Of a stretch of DNA of 64,000 nt, positions 42,755 through 57,600 are shown one piece after another (position 1 is the first letter of the stretch; the number at the start of each line of letters is the position of its first letter). The notes under the pieces were generated by a model that searched no databases, was not told the origin of the DNA, and saw only the letters and a list, made by a program, of their open reading frames with translations. This DNA is from Mobula hypostoma (taxonomy: Eukaryota). The position numbers and the translations under genes were made by a program. The DNA lies in NCBI RefSeq assembly GCF_963921235.1, contig NC_086128.1, positions 26,474,001-26,538,000 on the forward strand, given 5' to 3'.

Positions 42755-45400
42755 CCGCACTGTCCCATCACACACTCCCAGGGTCAGACACAGAGTGAAT
42801 CTCTCTCCACACTATCCCATCACACACTCCCAGGGTCAGACACAGAGTGAATCTCCCTCCACACTGTCCCATCACACACTCCCAGGGTCAGACACAGAGT
42901 GAATCTCTCTCCACACTATCCCATCACACACTCCCAGGGTCAGACACGGAGTGAATCTCCCTCCACACTGTCCCATCACATACTCCCAGGGTCAGACACA
43001 GAGTGAATCTCCCTCCACACTGTCCCATCACACACTCCGGGGGTCAGACACAGAGTGAATCTCCCTCCACACTGTCCCATCACACTCTCCCAGGGTCAGA
43101 TACAGAATGAATCTCCCTCCACACCATCCCATCACACACTCCCAGGGTCAGACGCAGAGTGAATCTCCCTCCACACCATCCCATCACACACTCCCAGGGT
43201 CAGACACAGAATGAAGCTCCCTCCACACCGTCCTATTATCCACTCCCGGGGTCAGACACAAAGTGAATCTCCCTCCACACTGACCCATCACACACTCCCA
43301 GGGTCAGACAAAGAGTGAATCTCCCTCCACACTGTCCCAATCACACACCCCCGGGGTCAGACACAGAGTGAAGCTCCCTCCACACCGTCCTATTATCCAC
43401 TCCCAGGGTCAGACACAGAGTGAATGTCCCTCCACACTGTCCCATCACACACTCCCAGGGTCAGACACAGAGTGAATCTCCCTCCACACTGTCCCATCAC
43501 ACTCTCCCAGGTTCAGACACAGAATGAATCTCCCTCCACACCATCCCATCACACACCCCCGGGGTCAGTAACAGAGTGAATCTCCCTCCACACCGTCCTA
43601 TTATCCACTCCCAGGGTCAGACACAAAGTGAATCTCCCTCCACACTGTCCCATCACACACTCCCAGGGTCAGACAAAGAGTGAATCTCCCTCCACACTGT
43701 CCCATCACACACTCCCAGGGTCAGACACAGAGTGAATCTCCCTCCACACTGTCCCATCACACTCTCCCAGGGTCAGACACAGAATGAATCTCCCTCCACA
43801 CCATCCCAACACACACCCCCGGGGTCAGTAACAGAGTGAATCTCCCTCCACACTGTCCTATTATCCACTCCCAGGGTCAGACACAGAGTGAATCTCCCTC
43901 CACACTGTCCCATCACACTCTCCCAGGGTCAGACACAGAATATATCCCTCCACACCATCCCATCACACACCCCCGGGGTCAGTAAGAGAGTGAATCTCCC
44001 TCCACACTGTCCTATTATCCACCCTCAGGGTCAGACACAGAGTGAAGCTCCCTCCACACCATCCTATTATCCACTCGCAGGGTCAGACACAGAGTGAATC
44101 TCCCTCCACACTGTCCCATCACACACTCCCAGGGTCAGACACAGAGTGAATCTCCCCCCACATCGTCCCATCACACACACTCCCAGGGTCAGACACAGAG
44201 TGAATCTCCCTCTGCACTGTCCCATCACACACTCCCAGGGTCAGACACAGAGTGAATCTCCCTCCACACTCTCCCATCACACACTCCCGGGGTCAGACAC
44301 AGAGTGAATCTCCCTCCACACTGTCCCATCACACTCTCCCAGGGTCAGACACAGAATGAATCTCCCTCCACACCATCCCATCACACACCCCCGGGGTCAG
44401 TAACAGAGTGAATCTCCCTCCACACTGTCCTATTATCCACTCCCAGGGTCAGACACAGAGTGAATCTCCCTCCACACTGTCCCATCACACACTCCCAGGG
44501 TCAGACACAGAGTGAATCTCCCCCCACACCGTCCCATCACACACTCCCAGGGTCAGACACAGAATGAATCTCCCTCTGCACTGTCCCATCACACACTCCC
44601 AGGGTCAGACACAGAATGAATCTCCCTCTGCACTGTCCCATCACACACTCCCAGGGTCAGACACAGAGTGAATCTTCCTCCACACTGTCCCATCACACAC
44701 TCCCAGGGTCAGACACAGAGTGAATCTCCCTCTGCACTGTCCCACCACACACTCCCAGGGTCAGACACAGAGTGAAGCTCTCTCCACACCGTCCCATCAC
44801 ACACTCAGTGTCAGACACAGAGTGAATCTCCCTCCACACCGTCCCATCACACACTCCCGGGGTCAGACACAGTGTGAATCTCCCTCCACACTGTCCCATC
44901 GCACACTCCCAGGGTCAGACACAGAGTGAATCTCCCTCCACACTGTCCCATCACACACTCCCAGGGTCAGACACAGAATGAATCTCCTTCCACACCATCC
45001 CATCACACACTCCCAGGGTCAGACGCAGAGTGAGTCTCCCTCCACAGCGTCCCATCACACATTCCCGGGATCAGAAACAGAGTGAATCTCAATCCACACT
45101 GTCCCTTCACACACTCCCAGGGTCAGACACAGAATGAATCTCCCTCCACACCATCCCATCACACACCCCCGGGGTCAGTAACAGAGTGAATCTCCCTCCA
45201 CACTGTCCTATTATCCACTCCCAGGGTCAGACACAGAGTGAATCTCAATCCACACTGTCCCTTCACACACTCCCAGGGTCAGAAACAGAGTGAATCTCCC
45301 TCCACACTGTCCCATCACACACTCCCGGGGTCAGACACAGAGTGAATCTCCCTCCACACTGTCCCATCACACACTCCCAGGGTCAGACACAGAGTGAATC
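42755..45400. repeat. Satellite A, 52-bp unit cactgtcccatcacacactcccagggtcagacacagagtgaatctccctcca, about 51 copies
   Basis: Directly visible tandem array. Confidence 0.97.
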
Positions 45401-45494
45401 TGACACAGACACAGACACAGAGCAACTAAAATCTTTCCTGGATGACCTAGTAAGGGACATCAGAGGGAGAAGCAGCCTCGCTCCTACGGGGGAT

Positions 45495-45694
45495 NNNNNN
45501 NNNNNNNNNNNNNNNNNNNNNNNNNNNNNNNNNNNNNNNNNNNNNNNNNNNNNNNNNNNNNNNNNNNNNNNNNNNNNNNNNNNNNNNNNNNNNNNNNNNN
45601 NNNNNNNNNNNNNNNNNNNNNNNNNNNNNNNNNNNNNNNNNNNNNNNNNNNNNNNNNNNNNNNNNNNNNNNNNNNNNNNNNNNNNNNNNNNNNN
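45495..45694. other. Assembly gap (200 N)
   Basis: A run of exactly 200 N suggests a scaffolding join of unknown true size. Confidence 0.99.
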
Positions 45695-48600
45695 CATCGT
45701 GCACAGTTCACATCTCCCTATCCCTGGGTCAGACCCAAACCGGGAGCGCCGCGCACAGTTCCCATCTCCCTTGCCTTGGGTCAGACCCACACCTGGAGCA
45801 CCGTTCACAGTTCCCGTCCCCCTATCCCTGGGACAGACTCACACCGGGAGTACCGTTCACAGTTCCCGTCTCCCTATCCCTGGGTCAGACCCAAACTGGG
45901 AGCACCGTGCACGGTTCCCACCTCCCTATCCCTGGGTCAGACCCAGACCATGAGCACCGTGCACAATTCCAGTCTCCCTATCCCTGGGTCAGACCCACAC
46001 CGGGAGCACCGTGCACAGGTACCATCTCCCTCTCCCTGTGTCAGACCCACACCAGGAGTACCGTGCACAGTTCCCATCTCCCTATACCTGGGTCAGACCC
46101 ATACCGGTAGAACCGTGAACAGTTCCCGTCTCCCAATCCCTTGTCCAGACCCACACAGGGAGCACCGTGCACAGTTCCCACCTCCCTATCCCTGGGTCAG
46201 ACCCAGACCATGAGCACCGTGCACAATTCCAGTCTCCCTATCCCTGGGCCAGACCCATACCGGGAGCACCGTGCTCAGCTCCCGTTTCTCTATCCCTGGG
46301 TCAGACCCACAATTGGAGCGACGTACACAATTCTCAACTCCCAATCCCTGTGCGAGACCTACACCGAGAGCACCTTGCACAGTTCCCATCTCCCTATCCC
46401 TGGGTCACACTCACACCAGGAGCACCGTTCACAGTTCCCGTCCCCCTATCCCTGGGTCAGACCCACACCAGTAGCACAGTGCGTAGTTCCCAACACCCTC
46501 TCCCTGGGCCAGACCCAAACCGGGAGCACCGTGCATAGGTATCGTCTCCCAATCCCTGGGTCAGACCCACTCCAGGAGCACCGTGCACAGTTCCCGTCTC
46601 CCTATCCCTGGCTCAGACCCACACCCGGAACATCGTGCACAGTTCCCATCACCCTATCCCTGGGTCAGACCCACACTGGGAGCACCGTGCATAGTTCCCA
46701 TCTCCCAATCCCTGGGTCAAACCCTCACCGGGAGCACCGTGCACAGTTACTGTCTCCCAATCCCTGGTCCAGACTCACACCGGGAGCACCATGCACAGTT
46801 CCCATCTCCCTATCCCTGGGTCACACTCACACCGGGAGCACCGCTCACAGTTCCCGTCCCCCTATCCCTGGGACAGACTCACACTGCGAGTACCGTTCAC
46901 AATACCCGTCCCCGTATCCCTGGGTCAGACCCAAACTGGGAGCACCATGCACAGTTCCCACCTCCCTATCCCTGTGTCAGACCCACACCAGGAGTACCGT
47001 GCACAGTTCCCATCTCCCTATCCCTGGGTCAGACCCACACCGGGAGCACCGTGCACAGTTCCCGTCTCCCAATCCCTTGTCCAGACCCACACCGGGAGCA
47101 CCGTGCACAGGTACCGTCTCCCTATCCCTGGGTCAGACCCACAATGGGAGCGACGTACACAGTTCTCAACTCCCTATCCCTGTGCCAGATCTACACCGAG
47201 AGCACCTTGCACAGTTCCCATCTCCCTATCCCTGGGTCACACTCATACCGGGAGCACCGTTCACAGTTCCCGTCCCCCTATCCCCGGGACAGACTCACAC
47301 CGGGAGTACCGTTCACAGATTCCGTCCCCCTATCCCTGGGTCAGACCCAAACTGGGAGCACCGTGCACAGTTCCCGTCTCCCTATTCCTTGGTCAGATCC
47401 ACACCAGTAGCACAGTGCGTAGTTCCCAACACCCTCTCCCTGGGCCAGACCCAAACCGAGAGCACCGTGCATCGGTATCGTCTCCCTATCCCTGGGTCAG
47501 ACCCACTCCAGGAGCACCGTGCACAGTTCCCGTCTCCCTATCCCTGGGTCAGAACCACACTGGGAGCACCGTGCATAGTTCCCATCTCCCAAACCCTGGG
47601 TCAAACCCTCACCGGGAGCACGGTGCACAGTTCCTGTCTCCCAATCCCTGGTCCAGACTCACACCGGGAGTACCATGCCCAGTTCCCGTCTCCCTATCCC
47701 AGGGTCAGACCCACACCAGGAGCACCGTGCACAGTTCCCATCTCCCTATCCCTGGGTCAGACCCACAATGGGAGCAACGTACACAGTTCTCAACTCCCTA
47801 TCACTGTGCCAGATCTGCACCGAGAGCACCTTGCACAGTTCCCATCTCCCTATCCCTGGGTCACACTCACACCGGGAGCACCGTTCACAGTTCCCGTCCC
47901 CCTATCCCTGGGACAGACTCACACCGGGAGTACCGTTCACAATTCCCGTCCCCCTATCCCTGGGTCAGACCCAAACTGGGAGCACCATGCACAGTTCCCA
48001 CCTCCCTATCCCTGGGTCAGACCCAGACCATGAGAACCGTACACAATTCCAGTGTCCCTATCCCTGGCTCAGACCCACACCCGGAACATCGTGCACAGTT
48101 CCCATCACCCTATCCCTGGGTCAGACCCACACTGGGAGCACCGTGCATAGTTCCCATCTCCCAAACCCTGGGTCAAACCCTCACCGGGAGCACGGTGCAC
48201 AGTTCCTGTCTCCCAATCCCTGGTCCAGACTCACACCGGGAGTACCGTGCCCAGTTCCCGTCTCCCTATCCCAGGGTCAGACCCACACCAGGAGCACCGT
48301 GCACAGTTCCCGTCTCCCAATCCCTTGTCCAGACCCACACTGGGAACACCGTGCACAGTTCCCACCTCCCTATCCCTGGGTCAGACACAGACCGTGAGCA
48401 CCGTGCTCAGCTCCCGTTTCTCTATCTCTGGGTCAGACCCACAATGGGAGCGACGTACACAATTCTCAACTCCCAATCCCTGTGCCAGACCTACACCGAG
48501 AGCACCTTCCACAGTTCCCATCTCCCTATCCCTGGGTCACACTCACACCGGGAGCACCGTTCACAGTTCCCGTCCCCCTATCCCTGGGTCAGACTCACAC

Positions 48601-51600
48601 CAGTAGCACAGTGCGTAGTTCCCAACACCCTCTCCCTGGGCCAGACCCAAACAGGGAGCACCGTGCATAGGTATCGTCTCCCTATCCCTGGGTCAGACCC
48701 ACACCAGCAGCACCGTGCACAGTTCCCATCTCCCAATCCCTGGGTCAGACCCACTCCAGGAGCACCGTGCACAGTTCCCGTCTCCCTATCCCTGGCTCAG
48801 ACCCACACCCGGAACATCGTGCACAGTTCCCATCACCCTATCCCTGGGTCAGACCCACACTGGGAGCACCGTGCATAGTTCCCATCTCCCAATCCGTGGG
48901 TCAAACCCTCACCGGGAGCACCGTGCACAGTTCCTGTCTCCCTATCCCTGGTCCAGACCCACACCGGGAGCACCGTGCACAGTTCCCATCTCCCTATCCC
49001 TGGGTCACACTCACACCGGGAGCACCGTTCACAGTTCCCGTCCCCCTATCCCTGGGACAGACTCACACCGGGAGTACCGTTCACAGTTCCCGTCCCCCTA
49101 TCCCTGGGTCAGACCCAAACTGGGAGCACCGTGCACAGTTCCCACCTCCCTATCCCTGGGTCAGACCCAGACCATGAGCACCGTCCACAATTCCAGTGTC
49201 CCTATCCCTGTGTCAGACCCACACCAGGAGTACCGTGCACAGTTCCCATCTCCCTATCCCTGGGTCAGACCTACACCGGGAGCACCGTGCACAGTTCCCG
49301 TCTCCCAATCCCTTGTCCAGACCCACACCGGGAGCACCGTGCACAGGTACCGTCTCCCTATCCCTGGGTCAGACCCACAATGGGAGCGACGTACACAGTT
49401 CTCAACTCCCTATCCCTGTGCCAGATCTACACCGAGAGCACCTTGCACAGTTCCCATCTCCCTATCCCTGGGTCACACTCATACCGGGAGCACCGTTCAC
49501 AGTTCCCGTCCCCCTATCCCTGGGACAGACTCACACCGGGAGTACCGTTCACAGTTCCCGTCCCCCTATCCCTGGGTCAGACCCAAACTGGGAGCACCGT
49601 GCACAGTTCCCACCTCCCTATCCCTGCGTCAGACCCAGACCATGAGCACCGTGCACAATTCCAGTCTCCCTATCCCTGGGTCAGACCCACACCGGGAGCA
49701 CCGTGCACAGGTACCATCTCCCTCTCCCTGTGTCAGACCCACACCAGGAGTACCGTGCACAGTTCCCATCTCCCAATCCCTGGGTCAGACCCACACCGGG
49801 AGCACCGTGCACAGTTCCCGTCTCCCAATCCCTTGTCCAGACCCACACTGGGAGCACCGTGCACAGTTCCCACCTCCCTATCCCTGGGTCAGACCCAGAC
49901 CAGGAGCACCGTGCACAGTTCCTGTCTCCCTATCCCTGGGTCAGACCCACAACGGGAGCACCGTGCACAGTTCTCAACTCCCTATCCCTGGGTCAGACAC
50001 ACACCTGGAGCACCGTGCACAGTTCCCACCTCCCTATCCCTGGGTCAGACCCACACGGGGAGCATCGTGCACAGTTCACATCTCCCTATCCCTGGGTCAG
50101 ACCCAAACCGGGAGCGCCGCGCACAGTTCCCATCTCCCTTGCCTTGGGTCAGACCCACACCTGGAGCACCGTTCACAGTTCCCGTCCCCCTATCCCTGGG
50201 ACAGACTCACACCGGGAGTACCGTTCACAGTTCCCGTCTCCCTATCCCTGGGTCAGACCCAAACTGGGAGCACCGTGCACGGTTCCCACCTCCCTATCCC
50301 TGGGTCAGACCCAGACCATGAGCACCGTGCACAATTCCAGTCTCCCTATCCCTGGGTCAGACCCACACCGGGAGCACCGTGCACAGGTACCATCTCCCTC
50401 TCCCTGTGTCAGACCCACACCAGGAGTACCGTGCACAGTTCCCATCTCCCTATACCTGGGTCAGACCCATACCGGTAGAACCGTGAACAGTTCCCGTCTC
50501 CCAATCCCTTGTCCAGACCCACACTGGGAGCACCGTGCACAGTTCCCACCTCCCTATCCCTGGGTCAGACCCAGACCATGAGCACCGTGCACAATTCCAG
50601 TCTCCCTATCCCTGGGCCAGACCCATACCGGGAGCACCGTGCTCAGCTCCCGTCTCTCTATCCCAGGGTCAGACCCACACCAGGAGCACCGTGCACAGTT
50701 CCCATCTCCCTATCCCTGGGTCAGACCCACTCCGGGAGCACCGTGCACAGTTCTCAACTCCCTATCCCTGGGCCAGACCCATAACGGGAGCACCGTGCAC
50801 AGTTCCCATCTCCCTATCCCTGTGTCAGACCCACACCGGGAGCACCGTGCACAGTTCCCGTCTCCCAATCCCTTGTCCAGACCCACACTGGGAGCACCGT
50901 GCACAGTTCCCACCTCCCTATCCCTGGGTCAGACACAGACCGTGAGCACCGTGCTCAGCTCCCGTTTCTCTATCCCTGGGTCAGACCCACAATTGGAGCA
51001 ACGTACACAATTCTCAACTCCCAATCCCTGTGCGAGACCTACACCGAGAGCACCTTGCACAGTTCCCATCTCCCTATCCCTGGGTCACACTCACACCAGG
51101 AGCACCGTTCACAGTTCCCGTCCCCCTATCCCTGGGTCAGACCCACACCAGTAGCACAGTGCGTAGTTCCCAACACCCTCTCCCTGGGCCAGACCCAAAC
51201 CGGGAGCACCGTGCATAGGTATCGTCTCCCAATCCCTGGGTCAGACCCACTCCAGGAGCACCGTGCACAGTTCCCGTCTCCCTATCCCTGGCTCAGACCC
51301 ACAATGGGAGCGACGTACACAGTTCTCAACTCCCTATCCCTGTGCCAGATCTACACCGAGAGCACCTTGCACAGTTCCCATCTCCCTATCCCTGGGTCAC
51401 ACTCATACCGGGAGCACCGTTCACAGTTCCCGTCCCCCTATCCCCGGGACAGACTCACACCGGGAGTACCGTTCACAGATTCCGTCCCCCTATCCCTGGG
51501 TCAGACCCAAACTGGGAGCACCGTGCACAGTTCCCACCTCCCTATCCCTGCGTCAGACCCAGACCATGAGCACCATGCACAATTCCAGTCTCCCTGTCCC

Positions 51601-54600
51601 TGGGTCAGACCCACACCGGGAGCACCGTGCACAGGTACCATCTCCCTCTCCCTGTGTCAGACCCACACCAGGAGTACCGTGCACAGTTCCCATCTCCCAA
51701 TCCCTGGGTCAGACCCACACCGGGAGCACCGTGCACAGTTCCCGTCTCCCAATCCCTTGTCCAGACCCACACTGGGAGCACCGTGCACAGTTCCCACCTC
51801 CCTATCCCTGGGTCAGACCCAGACCATGAGCACCGTGCACAGTTCCAGTCTCCCTATCCCTGGGTCAGACCCACACCGGGAGCACCGTGCACAGTTCTCA
51901 ACTCCCTATCCCTGGGCCAGACCCATACCAGGAGCACCGTGCACAGTTCCCGTCTCCCTATCCCTGGGTCAGACCCACAACGGGAGCACCGTGCACAGTT
52001 CTCAACTCCCTATCCCTGGGTCAGACCCACACCTGGAGCACCGTGCACAGTTCCCACCTCCCTATCCCTGGGTCAGACCCACACGGGGAGCATCGTGCAC
52101 AGTTCACATCTCCCTATCCCTGGGTCAGACCCAAACCGGGAGCGCCGCGCACAGTTCCCATCTCCCTTGCCTTGGTCAGACCCACACCTGGAGCAACGTG
52201 CACAGTTCCCATTTCCCAGTCCCTGGGCCAGACCCAAACCGGGAGCACCGTGCATAGGTATCGTCTCCCTAACCTTGGGTCAGACCCACACCAGCAGCAC
52301 CGTGCACAGTTCCCATCTCCCAATCCCTGGGTCAGACCCACTCCAGGAGCACCGTGCACAGTTCCCGTCTCCCTATCCCTGGCTCAGACCCACTCCGGGA
52401 GCACCGTGCACAGTTCTCAACTCCCTATCCCTGGGCCAGACCCTTACCGGGGGCACCGTGCACAGATCCCATCTCCCTATCCCTGGGTCACACCCACACC
52501 GGGAGCACCGTGCACAGTTCCCGTCTCCCAATCCCTTGTCCAGACCCACACTGGGAGCACCGTGCACAGTTCCCACCTCCCTATCCCTGGGTCAGACCCA
52601 GACCGTGAGCACCGTGCTCAGCTCCCGTTTCTCTGTCCCTGGGTCAGACCCACAATTTGAGCGACGTACACAATTCTCAACTCCCAATCCCTGTGCCAGA
52701 CCTACACCGAGAACACCTTGCACAGTTCCCATCTCCCTATCCCTGGGTCACACTCACACCGGGAGCACCGTTCACAGTTCCCGTCCCCCTATCCCTGGGT
52801 CAGACTCACACCGGGAGTACCGTTCAGAGTTCCCGTCCCCCTATCCCTGGGTCAGACCCAAACCGGGAGCACCGTGCATAGTTCCCAACTCCCTCTCCCT
52901 GGGCCAGACCCAAACCGGGAGCACCGTGCACAGGTACCGTCTCCCTATCCCTGGGTCAGACCCACAATGGGAGCAACGTACACAGTTCTCAACTCCCTAT
53001 CACTGTGCCAGATCTGCACCGAGAGCACCTTGCACAGTTCCCATCTCCCTATCCCTGGGTCACACTCACACCGGGAGCACCGTTCACAGTTCCCGTCCCC
53101 CTATCCCTGGGACAGACTCACACCGGGAGTACCGTTCACAATTCCCGTCCCCCTATCCCTGGGTCAGACCCAGACCATGAGAACCGTACACAATTCCAGT
53201 GTCCCTATCCCTGGCTCAGACCCACACCCGGAACATCGTGCACAGTTCCCATCACCCTATCCCTGGGTCAGACCCACACTGGGAGCACCGTGCATAGTTC
53301 CCATCTCCCAAACCCTGGGTCAAACCCTCACCGGGAGCACGGTGCACAGTTCCTGTCTCCCAATCCCTGGTCCAGACTCACACCGGGAGTACCGTGCCCA
53401 GTTCCCGTCTCCCTATCCCAGGGTCAGACCCACACCAGGAGCACCGTGCACAGTTCCCGTCTCCCAATCCCTTGTCCAGACCCACACTGGGAACACCGTG
53501 CACAGTTCCCACCTCCCTATCCCTGGGTCAGACACAGACCGTGAGCACCGTGCTCAGCTCCCGTTTCTCTATCTCTGGGTCAGACCCACAATGGGAGCGA
53601 CGTACACAATTCTCAACTCCCAATCCCTGTGCCAGACCTACACCGAGAGCACCTTGCACAGTTCCCATCTCCCTATCCCTGGGTCACACTCACACCGGGA
53701 GCACCGTTCACAGTTCCCGTCCCCCTATCCCTGGGTCAGACTCACACCAGTAGCACAGTGCGTAGTTCCCAACACCCTCTCCCTGGGCCAGACCCAAACA
53801 GGGAGCACCGTGCATAGGTATCGTCTCCCTATCCCTGGGTCAGACCCACACCAGCAGCACCGTGCACAGTTCCCATCTCCCAATCCCTGGGTCAGACCCA
53901 CTCCAGGAGCACCGTGCACAGTTCCCGTCTCCCTATCCCTGGCTCAGACCCACACCCGGAACATCGTGCACAGTTCCCATCACCCTATCCCTGGGTCAGA
54001 CCCACACTGGGAGCACCGTGCATAGTTCCCATCTCCCAATCCGTGGGTCAAACCCTCACCGGGAGCACCGTGCACAGTTCCTGTCTCCCAATCCCTGGTC
54101 CAGACTCACACCGGGAGCACCGTGCACAGTTCCCATCTCCCTATCCCTGGGTCACACTCACACCGGGAGCACCGTTCACAGTTCCCGTCCCCCTATCCCT
54201 GGGACAGACTCACACCGGGAGTACCGTTCACAATACCCGTCCCCCTATCCCTGGGTCAGACCCAAACTGGGAGCACCATACACAGTTCCCACCTCCCTAT
54301 CCCTGGGTCAGACCCAGACCATGAGCACCGTCCACAATTCCAGTGTCCCTATCCCTGTGTCAGACCCACACCAGGAGTACCGTGCACAGTTCCCATCTCC
54401 CTATCCCTGGGTCAGACCTACACCGGGAGCACCGTGCACAGTTCCCGTCTCCCAATCCCTTGTCCAGACCCACACCGGGAGCACCGTGCACAGGTACCGT
54501 CTCCCTATCCCTGGGTCCGACCCACAATGGGAGCGACGTACACAGTTCTCAACTCCCTATCCCTGTGCCAGATCTACACCGAGAGCACCTTGCACAGTTC

Positions 54601-57600
54601 CCATCTCCCTATCCCTGGGTCACACTCATACCGGGAGCACCGTTCACAGTTCCCGTCCCCCTATCCCCGGGACAGACTCACACCGGGAGTACCGTTCACA
54701 GATCCCGTCCCCCTATCCCTGGGTCAGACCCAAACTGGGAGCACCGTGCACAGTTCCCACCTCCCTATCCCTGCGTCAGACCCAGACCATGAGCACCGTG
54801 CACAATTCCAGTCTCCCTATCCCTGGGTCAGACCCACACCGGGAGCACCGTGCACAGGTACCATCTCCCTCTCCCTGTGTCAGACCCACACCAGGAGTAC
54901 CGTGCACAGTTCCCATCTCCCAATCCCTGGGTCAGACCCACACCGGGAGCACCGTGCACAGTTCCCGTCTCCCAATCCCTTGTCCAGACCCACACTGGGA
55001 GCACCGTGCACAGTTCCCACCTCCCTATCCCTGGGTCAGACCCATACCAGGAGCACCGTGCACAGTTCCTGTCTCCCTATCCCTGGGTCAGACCCACACC
55101 GGGAGCACCGTGCACAGTTCTCAACTCCCTATCCCTGGGTCAGACCCACACCTGGAGCACCGTGCACAGTTCCCACCTCCCTATCCCTGGGTCAGACCCA
55201 CACGGGGAGCATCGTGCACAGTTCACATCTCCCTATCCCTGGGTCAGACCCAAACCGGGAGCGCCGCGCACAGTTCCCATCTCCCTTGCCTTGGGTCAGA
55301 CGCACACCTGGAGCACCGTGCACAGTTCCCATTTCCCAGTCCCTGGGTCAGACCCACACCGGGAGCACCGTGCACAGTTCCCGTCTCCCTATCCCTGGGT
55401 CAGACCCACACCAGGAGCACCGTGCACAGTTCCCATCTCCCTATCCCTGGGTCAGACCCACACCAGGAGCACCGTGCACAGTTCCCGTCTCCCTATCCCT
55501 GGGTCAGACCCACACCGGGAGCACCGTGCACAGTTCCCACCTCCCTATCCCTGGGCCAGACCCATACCGGGAGCACCGTGCACAGTTCCCATCTCCCTAT
55601 CCCTGGGTCAGACCCACACCGGGAGCACCGTGCACAGTTCCCGTCTCCCAATCCCTTGTCCAGACCCACACTGGGAGCACCGTGCACAGTTCCCGTCTCC
55701 CTATCCCTGGGTCAGACCCACAATGGGAGCGACGTACACAATTCTCAACTCCCAATCCCTGTGCCAGACCTACACCGAGAGCACCTTGCACAGTTCCCAT
55801 CTCCCTATCCCTGGGTCACACTCACACCGGGAGCACCGTTCACAATTCCCGTCCCCCTATCCCTGGGTCAGACCCAAACCGGGAGCACCGTGCATAGTTC
55901 CCAACTCCCTCTCCCTGGGCCAGACCCAAACCGGGAGCACCGTGCACAGGTACCGTCTCCCTATCCCTGGGTCAGACCCACAATGGGAGCGACGTACACA
56001 GTTCTCAACTCCCTATCCCTGTGCCAGATCTACACCGAGAGCACCTTGCACAGTTCCCATCTCCCTATCCCTGGGTCACACTCACACCGGGAGCACCGTT
56101 CACAGTTCCCGTCCCCCTATCCCTGGGTCAGACTCACACCGGGAGTACCGTTCACAGTTCCCGTCCCCCTATCCCTGGGTCAGACCCAAACTGGGAGCAC
56201 CGTACACAGTTCCCACCTCCCTATCCCTGGGTCAGACCCAGACCATGAGCACCGTCCACAATTCCAGTGTCCCTATCCCTGTGTCAGACCCACACCAGGA
56301 GTACCGTGCACAGTTCCCATCTCCCTATCCCTGGGTCAGACCCACACCGGGAGCACCGTGAACAGTTCCCGTCTCCCAATCCCTTGTCCAGACCCACACT
56401 GGGAGCACCGTGCACAGTTCCCATCTCCCTATCCCTGGGTCAGACCCACACCGGGAGCACTGTGCACAGTTCTCAACTCCCTATCCCTGTGCCAGATCTA
56501 CACCGAGAGCACCTTGCACAGTTCCCATCTCCCTATCCCTGGGACACACTCATACCGGGAGCACCGTTCACAGTTCCCGTCCCCCTATCCCTGGGACAGA
56601 CTCACACCGGGAGTACCGTTCACAGTTCCCGTCCCCCTATCCCTGGGTCAGACCCAAACTGGGAGCACCGTGCACAGTTCCCACCTCCCTATCCCTGGGT
56701 CAGACCCAGACCATGAGCACCGTGCACAATTCCAGTCTCCCTATCCCTGGGTCAGACCCACACCGGGAGCACCGTGCACAGGTACCATCTCCCTCTCCCT
56801 GTGTCAGACCCACACCAGGAGTACCGTGCACAGTTCCCATCTCCCTATCCCTGGGTCAGACCCACACCGGGAGCACCGTGCACAGTTCCCGTCTCCCAAT
56901 CCCTTGTCCAGACCCACACTGGGAGCACCGTGCACAGTTCCCACCTCCCTATCCCTGGGTCAGACCCACACCGGGAGCACCGTGCACAGTTCCCGTCTCC
57001 CTATCCCTGGGTCAGACCCACAACGGGAGCACCGTGCACAGTTCTCAACTCCCTATCCCTGGGTCAGACCCACACCTGGAGCACCGTGCACAGTTCCCAC
57101 CTCCCTATCCCTGGGTCAGACCCACACGGGGAGCATCGTGCACAGTTCACATCTCCCTATCCCTGGGTCAGACCCAAACCGGGAGCGCCGCGCACAGTCC
57201 CCATCTCCCTTGCCTTGGGTCAGACGCACACCTGGAGCACCGTGCACAGTTCCCGTCTCCCTATCCCTGGGCCAGACCCAAACCGGGAGCACCGTGCATA
57301 GGTATCGTCTCCCTATCCCTGGGTCAGAACCACACCAGGATCACCGTGCACAGTTCCCATCTCCCAATCCCTGGGTCAGACCCACTCCAGGAGCACCGTG
57401 CACAGTTCCCGTCTCCCTATCCCTGGGTCAGACCCACTCCGGGAGCACCGTGCACAGTTCTCAACTCCCTATCCCTGGGCCAGACCCACACCGGGAGCAC
57501 CGTGCACAGTTCCCGTCTCCCTATCCCTGGGTCAGACCCACACCGGGAGCACCGTGCACAGTTCCCGTCTCCCAATCCCTTGTCCAGACCCACACTGGGA

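Noticed and set aside
45401-45494. LVRDIRGR peptide resembling NFE2 LVRDIRRR just before the gap
   Set aside because: Only about 16 nt match. It also resembles the CR1 tail 'gattagtaagggcatc' and sits at an unreliable contig end.
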